Assembly (NCBI GenBank): GCA_000434675.1
Contig: HF988637.1
Location: forward strand, 106,141-170,140
Direction of reading: 5' to 3'
Source of the DNA: Faecalibacterium sp. CAG:1138
GTDB lineage: Bacteria > Bacillota > Clostridia > Christensenellales > CAG-917
DNA length: 64,000 nt
In this document: piece after piece, positions 47,138 through 57,652 of the stretch
How the letters are laid out: each line of letters begins with the position of its first letter
How positions within the stretch are numbered: the stretch's first letter is position 1
Program-made: the position numbers and the translations under genes
Notes under the pieces: model-generated
Databases searched by the model: none
Told to the model about the DNA's origin: nothing
Seen by the model: the letters and a program-made list of their open reading frames with translations, nothing else

Positions 47138-49279
47138 ATGAAAAAACTTTTTATAGTCGAATCGCCTAACAAGGCGAAAACAATTCAGAAATACCTCGGG
47201 AACGACTACGTCGTTATGGCGTCGAGCGGACACGTGAGGGATCTGAACCCGAAGGCCTTGAGTGTGGAAATCGAAAACAACTTCAAACCTATCTACGAAG
47301 TCAACGCCGACAAAAAGGAAATCATCAAAAAACTTAAGGCGGCGGTCAGACAATATCCCGAAGTTTATCTCGCAACCGACCCGGACCGCGAAGGCGAAGC
47401 CATAAGCTGGCATCTTCAGAAGGTTCTGGAGCTTCCGGAAGGGCAGAAAAACCGCATAACCTACAACGAAATCACCAAAAAAGCCATACTCGACGCAATC
47501 GAACATCCGCGCGAGATAGATATGAAACTGGTGGACGCGCAACAGGCGAGAAGGGTTCTGGACAGGCTCGTGGGGTTCAAAATTTCCCCGATTCTTTCAA
47601 ACAAAATCAAAACCGGCAGTTCGGCCCAAAAAGCGCAATCTGCGGGCAGAGTTCAATCGGTGGCTTTGGAAATGATTGTCACCAGAGAACGCGAAATAAG
47701 GGATTTTAAGCCTGAAGAGTACTGGACGGTTTCGGCAATGATGCTGAAAAACGGCCTTCCAAACCTCAAAAAGAACGTTGTCAAAACCACTTTCAACGAC
47801 GTTGACGGCAAAAAAGTTAAACTGCAAAACAAGGAACAAACCGACAAAATCGTGGCGCAGATTGCCTCCGCAAAGCGTTTTTGGGTGGACAGCGCCGTAA
47901 AGAGCGAAGCGAAAGGTCGTCCGCAGCCTCCGTTCACGACGTCCACTCTTCAACAGGACGCTTCGCAAAAGCTCAATATGCAGGCAACCGTAACCATGCG
48001 TCTCGCGCAACAACTTTACGAGGGCGTGGACATCGGCGGCGACACCGTTGCGCTGGTTACCTATATCCGTACCGACAGCGTCCGTATCAATCCGGAAATG
48101 CAGTTTGCAACCCTCAAATATATCCGCGAAAACTACGGCGAAGCCTACGCGCCTAAACGCCCTAACGTTTACAAAACCAAGGCCGACGCGCAGGACGCTC
48201 ACGAAGCCATAAGGCCTATTCACCTCGACAGAACGCCTGAAAGCCTGTCGGGAAAAATCGACAAAAACCTTTTGCGCCTCTACAAGCTTATTTACGACCG
48301 CTATCTAGCAAGTCAGATGTCCGACGCGGTTTACGACACTTTGAAGGTGCATATAAACGGCGACGGCGCCGACGGCAGGGAATACGGCTTCAAGCTGACG
48401 GGAAGGACCGTCAAATTCGACGGCTTCACCGTGCTTTACAACCAGACTTCCTCCGATGACGAAGAGGATGACACCGCAAAAACTCTCCCGAAAATCGAAG
48501 AGGGCGACGAGCTTACGGTCAAAGAAGTTTTGCCGGAGCAAAAATTCACCAAACCGCCTTCAAGATATAACGACGCAACCATCATCAAGGCTATGGAAGA
48601 AAACGGCATCGGCCGTCCGTCCACTTACGCGCAGATCGTGTCCAAGCTCGAAAAGCAGGCATACATCAAGCGCGAAAGCAAAGCTTTGGTTCCGACGGAA
48701 CTGGGGGAAGTTATATGCGACTATCTGGTGCTTCACTTCCCGCAGATTATGGACCTCAAGTTCACCGCGAAAATGGAAGGCGCTCTGGACAGAGTGGCCG
48801 AGGACGGAGTGGAATGGCAACGCGTCATCGCCAGCTTCTATCCTAAGTTCCACCAGCAGCTTATGGCTGCGGGCAGAAACGGCAACAAGGTTCACATGGA
48901 AGAAAAACAATCGGGCGTCAAATGCGAAAAATGCGGCGCTACGATGGTGATAAAAGAGGGCAAATACGGCAAATTCCTCGCTTGCCCGAACTACCCGAAG
49001 TGCAAAAACATCAAGTCGCTTTCCGAAGTGGTCGGCAAATGCCCGAAATGCGGAAAGGACGTTCTGAAACGCACTTCTCACAGCGGAAAAACTTTTTACG
49101 GCTGCAGCGGTTATCCTCAATGCGACTTCGTGTCGTGGGAGATTCCGGCGCCGTACTTCTGCCCGAAATGCGGCGGAGTGATGAAAGTTACCGAGCTTAA
49201 AAACGGAGTCAAATACACCTGCGTAAACAGAAACTGCGCGCATTCCGAAACTATCGTCAAAAAAGAGGAACATAATTGA
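47138..49279 (+). CDS. topA: DNA topoisomerase I
   Basis: Toprim 'LFIVESPNKAKTI', 'ATDPDREGE'. C-terminal repeated CxxC zinc ribbons. Confidence 0.96.
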   Translation: MKKLFIVESPNKAKTIQKYLGNDYVVMASSGHVRDLNPKALSVEIENNFKPIYEVNADKKEIIKKLKAAVRQYPEVYLATDPDREGEAISWHLQKVLELPEGQKNRITYNEITKKAILDAIEHPREIDMKLVDAQQARRVLDRLVGFKISPILSNKIKTGSSAQKAQSAGRVQSVALEMIVTREREIRDFKPEEYWTVSAMMLKNGLPNLKKNVVKTTFNDVDGKKVKLQNKEQTDKIVAQIASAKRFWVDSAVKSEAKGRPQPPFTTSTLQQDASQKLNMQATVTMRLAQQLYEGVDIGGDTVALVTYIRTDSVRINPEMQFATLKYIRENYGEAYAPKRPNVYKTKADAQDAHEAIRPIHLDRTPESLSGKIDKNLLRLYKLIYDRYLASQMSDAVYDTLKVHINGDGADGREYGFKLTGRTVKFDGFTVLYNQTSSDDEEDDTAKTLPKIEEGDELTVKEVLPEQKFTKPPSRYNDATIIKAMEENGIGRPSTYAQIVSKLEKQAYIKRESKALVPTELGEVICDYLVLHFPQIMDLKFTAKMEGALDRVAEDGVEWQRVIASFYPKFHQQLMAAGRNGNKVHMEEKQSGVKCEKCGATMVIKEGKYGKFLACPNYPKCKNIKSLSEVVGKCPKCGKDVLKRTSHSGKTFYGCSGYPQCDFVSWEIPAPYFCPKCGGVMKVTELKNGVKYTCVNRNCAHSETIVKKEEHN

Positions 49280-50571
49280 AAGTAAAAGTCGTCGGCGCAG
49301 GTCTTGCAGGCTCGGAAGCCGCCTATCAGCTTCTGAAAAGAGGAGCGGAGGTGGAACTGGTGGAAATGCGCCCTGAAAAATTCACTCCCGCACACAAAAC
49401 CGCGGGCTTTGCCGAGCTGGTTTGCAGCAACAGCCTTAAAAGCATGGATCCGGATACCTCGTCCGGCGCTTTGAAAACCGAGCTTGCCGCCTTGGACAGC
49501 CTTATTTTGCGATGCGCATACAGCGCAAAGGTGGAAGCCGGCGGCGCGCTTGCCGTGGACAGAGCGAAGTTTTCGGCTGCGGTGGAAAATGAACTGAGAA
49601 GTTTCCCGAACCTTACCGTAACCACCAAAGAAGAAGTCGAGCTTTCGGACGAAATGCCCGTCATCTATGCGACCGGCCCCTTGACTTCCGACAGGCTTTG
49701 CGACAGCATTTTTCAGAAAAACGGCAAAGATTTGCATTTTTTTGACGCAATCGCACCTATCGTTGACAAAAACAGCATCGATATGAGCAAAGCCTTTTAC
49801 GGCGGAAGATACAATAAGGGCGGCGACGACTATCTGAATCTTCCTATGAACAAGGAAGAATATCTCGCTTTTTACGACGCGCTTATATCCGCCAAAACCG
49901 TCGAGCTAAAAGACTTCGAGGGCACGGAGGTTTTCGAAGGCTGTATGCCTATCGAGGTTATGGCAAAGCGAGGCGCGGACACCATGCGCTTCGGGCCGCT
50001 TAAACCGGTGGGGCTTTTCGGACCGAACGGCGAAAAGTACTATGCGGTCGTTCAGCTGAGGAAAGAAACGAACGAAGGCGCGGCTTTCAATATGGTGGGA
50101 TTTCAGACCAACCTGACGTACGGGGAGCAGAAACGCGTTTTCGGCATGATTCCGGCGCTTAGAGAAGCGGAATTTCTGCGTTACGGCGTTATGCATCGCA
50201 ACACCTATCTGGACTCGCCGAGGGTTCTGGACGAAACTTTCAAACTTAAAAACAGCAAAAATATCTACTTTGCCGGTCAGATCACCGGGGTAGAGGGATA
50301 TATGGAGAGCGCTATGAGCGGACTTCTGGCGGCGATTTTCCTTTACAGGGAGCAGAGGGGGCTTGAAAAAGTCCTGCCGCCCCAAAGCACCGTTTGCGGC
50401 GCGCTTACCAACTACATAGCTCATTCGTCGGACAAAAATTTTCAGCCGATGAACAGCAACTTCGGCATATTGCCGGACATCGCCGTTCGCGACAAAAAGC
50501 TTAGAAAAAAGCTTTACGCCGAACGCAGCAAAAACGATATTGGGGTTTTTGCGGACATCGTCAACGTTTAG
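49276..50571 (+). CDS. trmFO: Methylenetetrahydrofolate--tRNA-(uracil54-C5)-methyltransferase TrmFO
   Basis: FAD motif 'VVGAGLAGSEAAYQL'. topA-trmFO-hslVU synteny. TTG start. Confidence 0.92.
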   Translation: MKVKVVGAGLAGSEAAYQLLKRGAEVELVEMRPEKFTPAHKTAGFAELVCSNSLKSMDPDTSSGALKTELAALDSLILRCAYSAKVEAGGALAVDRAKFSAAVENELRSFPNLTVTTKEEVELSDEMPVIYATGPLTSDRLCDSIFQKNGKDLHFFDAIAPIVDKNSIDMSKAFYGGRYNKGGDDYLNLPMNKEEYLAFYDALISAKTVELKDFEGTEVFEGCMPIEVMAKRGADTMRFGPLKPVGLFGPNGEKYYAVVQLRKETNEGAAFNMVGFQTNLTYGEQKRVFGMIPALREAEFLRYGVMHRNTYLDSPRVLDETFKLKNSKNIYFAGQITGVEGYMESAMSGLLAAIFLYREQRGLEKVLPPQSTVCGALTNYIAHSSDKNFQPMNSNFGILPDIAVRDKKLRKKLYAERSKNDIGVFADIVNV

Positions 50572-50589
50572 CGTTGAAAGGAGATTTAC

Positions 50590-51120
50590 ATGGAATTCAG
50601 AGGTACCACAATCTGCGCAGTCAAAAAAGGCGACAGCACCGTGATTGCCGGCGACGGACAGGTCACGATGGGCGAAAGCGTGATTTTCAAGGGCACTGCG
50701 AAAAAAGTCAAACGTATTTATAACGGCAAAGTCGTTTTGGGCTTTGCGGGAAGCGTGTCGGACGCTTTTGCGCTCAGCGAAAAATTCGAAGCCATGCTCA
50801 ACAAGTACGGCGGCAATCTGACGAGAAGCGCCGTCGAGCTGGTGGAGCTTTGGCGCAACGACAAAGCGAGAAAACTGGAGGCAATGATGATCGTTGCCGA
50901 TCACGACCACCTTCTCATAATTAACGGCGGCGGCGACGTAATCGAACCCGACGGCGGCGTCTGCGCTATAGGAAGCGGCGGCAACTACGCTTATTCCGCG
51001 GCGAAAGCGCTCATCGAAAACACCGATCTTTCCGCCGAAGAAATCGCAGTCAAGGCCATGCACATCGCGGCCGACATCTGCGTTTTCACAAATCACAACC
51101 TGACGGTTGAAAAGGTATAG
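50590..51120 (+). CDS. hslV: ATP-dependent protease subunit HslV
   Basis: '[10 protein letters not shown]' N-terminal Thr nucleophile region. Confidence 0.95.
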   Translation: MEFRGTTICAVKKGDSTVIAGDGQVTMGESVIFKGTAKKVKRIYNGKVVLGFAGSVSDAFALSEKFEAMLNKYGGNLTRSAVELVELWRNDKARKLEAMMIVADHDHLLIINGGGDVIEPDGGVCAIGSGGNYAYSAAKALIENTDLSAEEIAVKAMHIAADICVFTNHNLTVEKV

Positions 51121-51130
51121 GAGGCAAGTT

Positions 51131-52447
51131 ATGGATTTGACACCTAAACAAACGGTTCAGGAACTGGACAGATACATCATCGGTCAGTCGTCTGCCAAAA
51201 AGGCGGTTGCCATAGCTCTCAGAAATCGTTACAGAAGAAGCAAGCTTCCCGAAGAACTCAGGGAAGAGATAACCCCGAAAAACATCATTATGAAAGGCCC
51301 TACCGGCGTCGGCAAGACGGAAATTGCAAGAAGGCTTGCGAAAATCGTCAAAGCGCCGTTCGTCAAGGTGGAAGCCACCAAGTTCACCGAAGTGGGCTAC
51401 GTCGGCCGCGACGTCGAATCCATGATAAGAGAGCTTGTGGAAGCCTCCATAAGAATGGTCAGGGAAGAAAAGATAAAAGAGGTTCAGCCTAAAGTTACCG
51501 AAATCGCCGAAAGAAAGGTGGTCGAAGCGGTGCTTCCGATAAGAAAGCAAAATGCCTCGGAAACGCCGGACGCACTTTTGAAGGAAGAAATTTTGCAGGA
51601 GCTTCGCCAAGGAAAACTCGACAATCTCGAGATTATGCTTGACGTGGTGGAGCAGCCGAAGCCTATTCAGCTCAATGCGCAGGAAACGCAGGAAATCGAC
51701 ATCGGCAGCATTTTCGGCGGCTTTATGGGAGGAAAACGCAAGAAAAAGCGCAAAGTTACCGTAAAACAGGCGATGGAAATCATTTCGTCCGATGAAGCGT
51801 CCAGGCTTATCGACGAAGACGCGATAAACACCGAAGCTCTTCGCCGCGCCGAGCAGGACGGCATCGTCTTTATCGACGAAATCGATAAGATCGCGGGTTC
51901 AGGCCGTCAGGGCGGTGGCCCGGACGTCAGCCGCGAGGGCGTGCAGAGAGATATTCTGCCGATCGTCGAAGGTTGTACCGTGAAAACCAAATACGGCAAC
52001 ATCAGAACCGATTATATGCTGTTTATCGCGGCGGGCGCATTCCACGTCAGCCAGATAACCGACCTAATTCCGGAGCTTTTGGGAAGATTCCCCGTGAAGG
52101 TGGAGCTTGACAACCTCACCAAGGACGACTTCGTCAAGATTCTGACGCAGGTCGACAACGCGCTTATCCGCCAGTACACCGAGCTTCTGAAGGTCGATCA
52201 CGTCGTGCTGAAATTCACCGACGACGCAGTGGACGAAATCGCAAAAATCACCGAAGCGGAAAACGAAACCATGGAAAATCTCGGCGCAAGAAGGCTGCAC
52301 ACCGTTATGGAACGCCTCATCGAAGACTTGAGCTTCAACGCCGGAGGCGACATGCCCGACACCGAGGTTACCATAGACAAGGACTACGTCGACAAAAATC
52401 TGGCGTCGAGTCTGGACGACACCAACTTCAGGAAATACATTTTATAG
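51131..52447 (+). CDS. hslU: ATP-dependent protease ATPase subunit HslU
   Basis: 'TPKQTVQELDRYIIGQ', Walker A 'GPTGVGKTEIARRLA'. Confidence 0.96.
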   Translation: MDLTPKQTVQELDRYIIGQSSAKKAVAIALRNRYRRSKLPEELREEITPKNIIMKGPTGVGKTEIARRLAKIVKAPFVKVEATKFTEVGYVGRDVESMIRELVEASIRMVREEKIKEVQPKVTEIAERKVVEAVLPIRKQNASETPDALLKEEILQELRQGKLDNLEIMLDVVEQPKPIQLNAQETQEIDIGSIFGGFMGGKRKKKRKVTVKQAMEIISSDEASRLIDEDAINTEALRRAEQDGIVFIDEIDKIAGSGRQGGGPDVSREGVQRDILPIVEGCTVKTKYGNIRTDYMLFIAAGAFHVSQITDLIPELLGRFPVKVELDNLTKDDFVKILTQVDNALIRQYTELLKVDHVVLKFTDDAVDEIAKITEAENETMENLGARRLHTVMERLIEDLSFNAGGDMPDTEVTIDKDYVDKNLASSLDDTNFRKYIL

Positions 52448-52456
52448 GAGAGGGAA

Positions 52457-53704
52457 ATGATAAACATTCCAAAAGGTACGAAAGACGTACTGCCGTCGGA
52501 AAGCTACAAGTGGCACTACGTTGAGGACGACATCAGAAAGGTGGCGGGGCTGTTCGGACTGTCCGAAATCCGCACTCCGACTTTCGAGCATACGGAACTG
52601 TTTTTGCGCGGCGTCGGCGACACCACCGACATCGTCAACAAAGAAATGTACACCTTCAACGACAAGGGCGGAAGAAGCATAACCCTTAAGCCCGAAGGCA
52701 CGGCGGGCGTTGCGAGAAGCTTTGTGGAAAACGGGCTTTCGAACTTGCCTATGCCGGTGAAAATGTATTATATAACTCCGGTCTTCCGCTACGAAAAACC
52801 GCAAGCGGGAAGGTATAGGGAGCATCACCAGTTCGGCGTTGAAATTTACGGCGCGGAAAGCTCGGCGGCGGACGTGGAGGCCATATCCATAGCAAAGACG
52901 CTGTTCGATACGGTGGGGCTTAAAAAGCTGGAGCTTAACCTCAACAGCATCGGTTGCAGAAATTGCAGAAAGGACTATAACGCGGCTCTCAGGAACTATC
53001 TTGCCGCCAACGTTTCGGAAATGTGCGCTTCCTGCAAAGAGCGTTTTGAAAAAAATCCGCTCAGGATTTTGGACTGCAAAGAAGAAAAATGCAAAAAAAT
53101 CACTTTAAATGCGCCGAAAACCATTGACTTTTTGTGCAACGAGTGCAAAAATCACTTTGAGGGCGTAAAAAAAGGTCTGGACCAAGTGGGCATACCTTAC
53201 GTCGTCAATCCGCAAATCGTGAGAGGGTTGGACTACTACACCCGCACGGTGTTTGAATTCGTCAGCACGGATATAGGCGCGCAGGGCACCGTATGCGGCG
53301 GCGGAAGATACAATCATCTCGTGGAAGAAGTGGGCGGAAAAGCTACGCCGGCGGTCGGATTCGGCATGGGCGTGGAACGACTTTTGAACGTTCTGGAAGC
53401 GCTGAATCTGCTGCCGGATAATCACGAGAGCGTCAAGGTTTACGTTGCGCCTATAGGCGAAGCGGCGGCGGACGCGGCGAGAGTTCTGGTTTCAAAGCTC
53501 AGAAAAGCCGGCATATCCGCAGACACCGATCTTATGGGAAGAAGCGTAAAAGCACAAATGAAATACGCCGACAAAATCGGAGCCAAATACACGCTCTGCT
53601 TGGGCGACGACGAAATACAGCGCGGGGTAGCCACTCTCAAAAACATGCTTTCCGGCGAAAGCGCGGAAGTGAACCTCGAAAGCCTTTCAACTTACAAATT
53701 TTAA
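52457..53704 (+). CDS. hisS: Histidine--tRNA ligase
   Basis: 'PKGTKDVLP', 'FRYEKPQAGRYREHHQFG' class II motif 2. Confidence 0.96.
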   Translation: MINIPKGTKDVLPSESYKWHYVEDDIRKVAGLFGLSEIRTPTFEHTELFLRGVGDTTDIVNKEMYTFNDKGGRSITLKPEGTAGVARSFVENGLSNLPMPVKMYYITPVFRYEKPQAGRYREHHQFGVEIYGAESSAADVEAISIAKTLFDTVGLKKLELNLNSIGCRNCRKDYNAALRNYLAANVSEMCASCKERFEKNPLRILDCKEEKCKKITLNAPKTIDFLCNECKNHFEGVKKGLDQVGIPYVVNPQIVRGLDYYTRTVFEFVSTDIGAQGTVCGGGRYNHLVEEVGGKATPAVGFGMGVERLLNVLEALNLLPDNHESVKVYVAPIGEAAADAARVLVSKLRKAGISADTDLMGRSVKAQMKYADKIGAKYTLCLGDDEIQRGVATLKNMLSGESAEVNLESLSTYKF

Positions 53705-53720
53705 CAAGAGGAATACATCT

Positions 53721-55538
53721 ATGGCAGAATTTATCAACGGTTTGAAAAGAACAAACATGTGCGGCGACCTGACCGCAAAAGACGAAGGCAAAAACGTGGT
53801 CGTCATGGGCTTTGCCGCAAAAGTCAGAAACCTCGGCAACCTCATCTTCATCGACCTGAGGGACAGAACCGGTCTTGTGCAGATTGCGTTTGACGGCTCG
53901 AAAAACGCAGACCTCTTCGAAAAAGCGGAAGCCGTCGGAAACGAATACGTTCTCGCGGTTGCCGGCGTCGTGCAGCTGAGAACCGGCAAAAACGTCAACC
54001 CTAACATGAAGACCGGCGAAGTGGAAATTTTGGCCACCGACGTCAGAATTCTGAACGAAGCGGAGAACCCTCCGTTCTTCATTCAGGACGACGTGAACAC
54101 CCGCGAAAGCCTGAGGCTTCAATATCGTTATCTCGACCTCAGACGTCCGTATCTTCAGAACCTTCTTATGCTCAGAAGTCAGATTGCGCACGTCACCAGA
54201 AACTATCTTGCCGAAAACGGTTTTTTGGAAATCGAAACTCCGTGCCTCGGCAAATCTTCTCCGGAAGGCGCGAGGGACTATCTCGTTCCTAGCCGCGTGC
54301 ACCCGGGCGCGTTCTATGCGCTTCCGCAAAGCCCGCAGCTTTACAAACAGCTTCTTATGGTGGCGGGTTACGACCGTTATTATCAGATTGCGCGTTGCTT
54401 CCGCGACGAGGATCTGAGGGCAAACCGTCAGCCTGAATTCACGCAAATCGACATCGAAATGAGCTACGTCGAACGCGACGAAGACGTTATGCAAATGGCC
54501 GAAGGCCTCATCAAACGTATCTTCAAGGAAGTCAAGGGCATAGACTTTGGGGACAAACCGTTCAGAAGAATGACCTGGCAAGAGAGTATGGACCGTTTCG
54601 GCAGCGACAAGCCTGACACTCGTTTCGGCCTCGAACTTCAAAACATCTCCGACGAAGTGAAGGACTGCGGATTTTCCGTGTTCACTTCTGCTTTGGAAAA
54701 CGGCAAACGCGGCAGCGTCAGGGCAATAGTGGTTCCGGGCGGCGCGGACAAGTTCACCAGAAAGGAAATCGACAAGCTTTCCGAATTCGTCAAGGATTAC
54801 GGCGCAAAAGGCCTTGCCTGGACGGCGCTTAAGGAAGGCGGCACCACCTCCAGCTTCTACAAGTTCCTCTCCGAGGACACGCAAAAAGCCATCGAAACCA
54901 AGCTCGGCGCAAAAACCGGCGACATCATCTTCGTGGTTGCTTCTCCGAAGAACAAAGTGGTTTACGACAGCCTCGGCGCGCTCAGGTTGGAGCTTGCTAA
55001 ACGTTTGGATCTCGTTCCGGACAGATACGACATTTTGTGGATCAAAGACTTCCCGCTTATGGAATACAGCGACGAAGACGGCCGCTACTACGCAACTCAC
55101 CACCCGTTCACAATGCCGAACATCGACGACTTGCCGCTTCTTGACAAGTTCGAAACAATCGGCGACGCAAGGGCGGTGGCCTACGACCTCGTCATCAACG
55201 GACAGGAAGCGGGCGGCGGTTCCATTCGTATCCACCATCAGGATTTGCAACATCGTATGTTCCAGCTTCTGGGACTTACCGAAGAAACCATCAAGGAGCG
55301 TTTCGGTTACTTCATCGAAGCGTTCAAATACGGCGCGCCTCCTCACGGCGGTCTCGCTTTCGGTCTGGACAGACTGGTTATGCTTCTCGGCGGCACCGAC
55401 AACATCAAAGACGTCATCGCTTTCCCGAAAGTGCAAAACGCCAGCTGCCTGATGAGCGGCGCTCCGGACTTCGTGGAAGATCAACAGCTTACGGATCTTT
55501 CCATCGCAGTCACCAAAAAAGAAAACAGAGAGGTATAA
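53721..55538 (+). CDS. aspS: Aspartate--tRNA ligase
   Basis: 'YQIARCFRDEDLRANRQPEFTQID', 'GGGSIRIH', 'PPHGGLAFGLDRL'. Confidence 0.97.
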   Translation: MAEFINGLKRTNMCGDLTAKDEGKNVVVMGFAAKVRNLGNLIFIDLRDRTGLVQIAFDGSKNADLFEKAEAVGNEYVLAVAGVVQLRTGKNVNPNMKTGEVEILATDVRILNEAENPPFFIQDDVNTRESLRLQYRYLDLRRPYLQNLLMLRSQIAHVTRNYLAENGFLEIETPCLGKSSPEGARDYLVPSRVHPGAFYALPQSPQLYKQLLMVAGYDRYYQIARCFRDEDLRANRQPEFTQIDIEMSYVERDEDVMQMAEGLIKRIFKEVKGIDFGDKPFRRMTWQESMDRFGSDKPDTRFGLELQNISDEVKDCGFSVFTSALENGKRGSVRAIVVPGGADKFTRKEIDKLSEFVKDYGAKGLAWTALKEGGTTSSFYKFLSEDTQKAIETKLGAKTGDIIFVVASPKNKVVYDSLGALRLELAKRLDLVPDRYDILWIKDFPLMEYSDEDGRYYATHHPFTMPNIDDLPLLDKFETIGDARAVAYDLVINGQEAGGGSIRIHHQDLQHRMFQLLGLTEETIKERFGYFIEAFKYGAPPHGGLAFGLDRLVMLLGGTDNIKDVIAFPKVQNASCLMSGAPDFVEDQQLTDLSIAVTKKENREV

Positions 55539-55541
55539 TGT

Positions 55542-55850
55542 ATGAAACTTTCATCCAAGGAACAATTTGACGCGCTTCTGGCAGGGAACAAACCCGTCGT
55601 GGTCGATTTCTTCGCCACCTGGTGCGGCCCGTGCAAAATGTTTGCGCCGACCTTCGAAGCCGCGGCCGAAAAGCACGCCGACATCGAATTTTTGAAGGTT
55701 GACGTCGACGAATTCGAGGACCTTGCCGTAAGCCTCGGCATCAGCTACGTCCCGACGATCATGCTCTTTAAGGGCGGCGAAAAGATAGACTATTTCGTCG
55801 GTCCTAAAAAAGAGGAGGACTTCGAAGCCTTCCTTAAACAAGCGTTATAA
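55542..55850 (+). CDS. trxA: Thioredoxin
   Basis: 'FFATWCGPCKM'. Confidence 0.95.
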   Translation: MKLSSKEQFDALLAGNKPVVVDFFATWCGPCKMFAPTFEAAAEKHADIEFLKVDVDEFEDLAVSLGISYVPTIMLFKGGEKIDYFVGPKKEEDFEAFLKQAL

Positions 55851-55864
55851 TTCAGCGTAAAACC

Positions 55865-55892
55865 AAAGCCACGCCGGACGGCGTGGCTTTTT
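55865..55892. terminator. Bidirectional terminator between trxA and the convergent small ORF
   Basis: AAAGCCACGCC-ggac-GGCGTGGCTTT followed by TT. Confidence 0.75.
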
Positions 55893-56235
55893 ACGTGTTT
55901 TTCTCCATAAGCTTTTTGAGGGCCTGATTTATTTCGTTGGGCACTGCGGAAGCGGGCTTCGTCTCGCTTTCAGAGGGCGGCGCGGGGACGGCTGCATCAG
56001 GCGTTTCGACGTTTGCGGTTTTTGCCGCGCCGAAAGACGCAATCATCTGAAACATAGCTTTGGTTTTGTCGTCCAGATTCAAGCCGTTAAAAAGGGCGGA
56101 AACGTCGCCCGATTTCAGCTTTTCAATCATTTCGGGGAGCTTGGAAACGTCAAAGCCGCCGCTTGGGGCGGTTTTTTGATTGCTTGAGCTGCCCTTTAAG
56201 GCAAGAAGAAGAGGAAGCACTGTCTGAAGATTCAT
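55891..56235 (-). CDS. Hypothetical small protein
   Basis: RBS AGGTGA precedes the ATG at 56235 (minus strand). N-terminal hydrophobic 'MNLQTVLPLLLALKG', Pro/Ala-rich middle. No motif recognised. Confidence 0.45.
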   Translation of the reverse strand: MNLQTVLPLLLALKGSSSNQKTAPSGGFDVSKLPEMIEKLKSGDVSALFNGLNLDDKTKAMFQMIASFGAAKTANVETPDAAVPAPPSESETKPASAVPNEINQALKKLMEKNT

Positions 56236-56295
56236 GGTTTCACCTATCACGTTCACAGTATATGCCGAATATAAATGATGAGTGCGGAGGTGAGT

Positions 56296-56583
56296 ATGGA
56301 TTTCAAAACCTTTTCAGAAGATCACAAGGTCGCAAAAAGCCCGAATAGCTCTGCGTCCCAAAGTGAAAAAATAACCGAAAGCAATGTCAGAGAAGCCTTG
56401 GACAGCGTAAAAGGAATGTCCGAAAACGAAATTATGTCCGAAATATTCAAGCGCGCGGCCAAGGGCAAGGCGGACGGAACCTTCAACCCCGAAGCTCTTA
56501 AAAAGGCCGCGGAAAACGTCAGGCCTATGCTGACGCCGGAGCAGTGCAAAAAACTTGACGACATTCTGGGGGCTCTGTTGTAG
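56296..56583 (+). CDS. Hypothetical small protein upstream of the S8 peptidase
   Basis: RBS GGAGGTGAG precedes ATG 56296. Its stop abuts the peptidase GTG start at 56584. Confidence 0.45.
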   Translation: MDFKTFSEDHKVAKSPNSSASQSEKITESNVREALDSVKGMSENEIMSEIFKRAAKGKADGTFNPEALKKAAENVRPMLTPEQCKKLDDILGALL

Positions 56584-57627
56584 GTGGGGAAGGACGTAAT
56601 CGTTTATCTTAAAAGCCTCGGCTACGTCAGGCATCTTCCGAGCGCTTTCGACGTAAAAAGGGTGTATCCGTTCCTGAGCGCCGTAGGAGCGACCGTGGCC
56701 GATGATTTTGAAACGGAAAATTTGCCCTACGTCGAACATATCGCAACGGGCGGCAGAGTGTTTGCGCTTGCCGCAAAAACGCGAAATATGCGCGATTTTC
56801 GTCCCAAAACCGTAGGAAGAAACCTCACGGGCAAAGGGGTGGGCCTTTGCGTCATCGACACGGGCATATCCGCGCACCCCGACTTTTGCATTCCCCGAAA
56901 CCGAATCGTTGCTTTCAAGGACGTTTACGGCGGCAAGGAAGAGGTTTACGACGACAACGGCCACGGCACGTTCGTTGCGGGGGTTGCGGCGGGCGGAGGA
57001 GTGGCTTCGGGAAAAGAGGTGTCGGGCGTGGCGAGCGAAGCGGATATCGTTGCCGTCAAGGCAATAGGAAAGAGCGGCGAGTGCGGACTTTTCAGCGTGC
57101 TTGACGCAATGCAGTGGGTTGTCGATAACAAGGATCGACACGGCATCAAAGTGGTTTGTATGTCGTTCGGGGCAAATCCCGTCGACTACGCGGATCCGTT
57201 GGAGCGCGGCGCGGACGTTTTGATAAAAAACGGCATAACCGTGGTTGCCTCGGCGGGGAACAGCGGTCAAGGGGGAGTGAAATCGCCCGGGACCGGAAAA
57301 AAAGTTTTGACAGTGGGGAGCGTCGATGATAATAATATTGTTGCTGGCTTTTCGTCTTATGGAGAAGTTGGTGGAAAATTTAAGCCGGAAATCTATGCGC
57401 CCGGCGTTGAGATAAAGGGCGTAGGACAGGCAAACGATCTTTACGTCAGGATGTCGGGAACTTCTGTTTCCGCGCCTTACGTTGCGGGCGCGGCCGCGCT
57501 TTTATACGAAAAATATCCCACGGCCACGCCTTGGCAAATCAAAAAGCTTTTGCTTTCGTTTTCTGACGAATTTGGCGGCGTACGGGTGCTTAACGCGTCA
57601 AAAATCGCCGAAAGTATTATGAAATAG
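56584..57627 (+). CDS. Subtilisin-like serine peptidase (S8 family)
   Basis: Catalytic triad contexts 'VIDTGI' (Asp), 'HGTFVAG' (His), 'GTSVSAPYVAGAAALL' (Ser). Confidence 0.9.
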   Translation: MGKDVIVYLKSLGYVRHLPSAFDVKRVYPFLSAVGATVADDFETENLPYVEHIATGGRVFALAAKTRNMRDFRPKTVGRNLTGKGVGLCVIDTGISAHPDFCIPRNRIVAFKDVYGGKEEVYDDNGHGTFVAGVAAGGGVASGKEVSGVASEADIVAVKAIGKSGECGLFSVLDAMQWVVDNKDRHGIKVVCMSFGANPVDYADPLERGADVLIKNGITVVASAGNSGQGGVKSPGTGKKVLTVGSVDDNNIVAGFSSYGEVGGKFKPEIYAPGVEIKGVGQANDLYVRMSGTSVSAPYVAGAAALLYEKYPTATPWQIKKLLLSFSDEFGGVRVLNASKIAESIMK

Positions 57628-57652
57628 CGGCTTTTTTAGAATTATCCGTCAT

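Noticed and set aside
52447-53721. Expected T-box leaders upstream of hisS and aspS
   Set aside because: The intergenic gaps are only 9 nt and 16 nt, leaving no room for a T-box. The genes appear co-transcribed with hslU.
53637-55484. 615-aa minus-strand ORF antisense to aspS. Similar long shadows occur at 22835-24055 (dnaG), 29014-30345 (lacZ), 32725-33864 (galK), 37067-38206 (ffh), 42202-43866 (membrane protein), 49906-51096 (trmFO/hslV) and 56314-57270 (S8 peptidase).
   Set aside because: All lie opposite genes with clear family motifs. Their translations are compositionally aberrant and lack any recognisable domain. They are treated as antisense artefacts.
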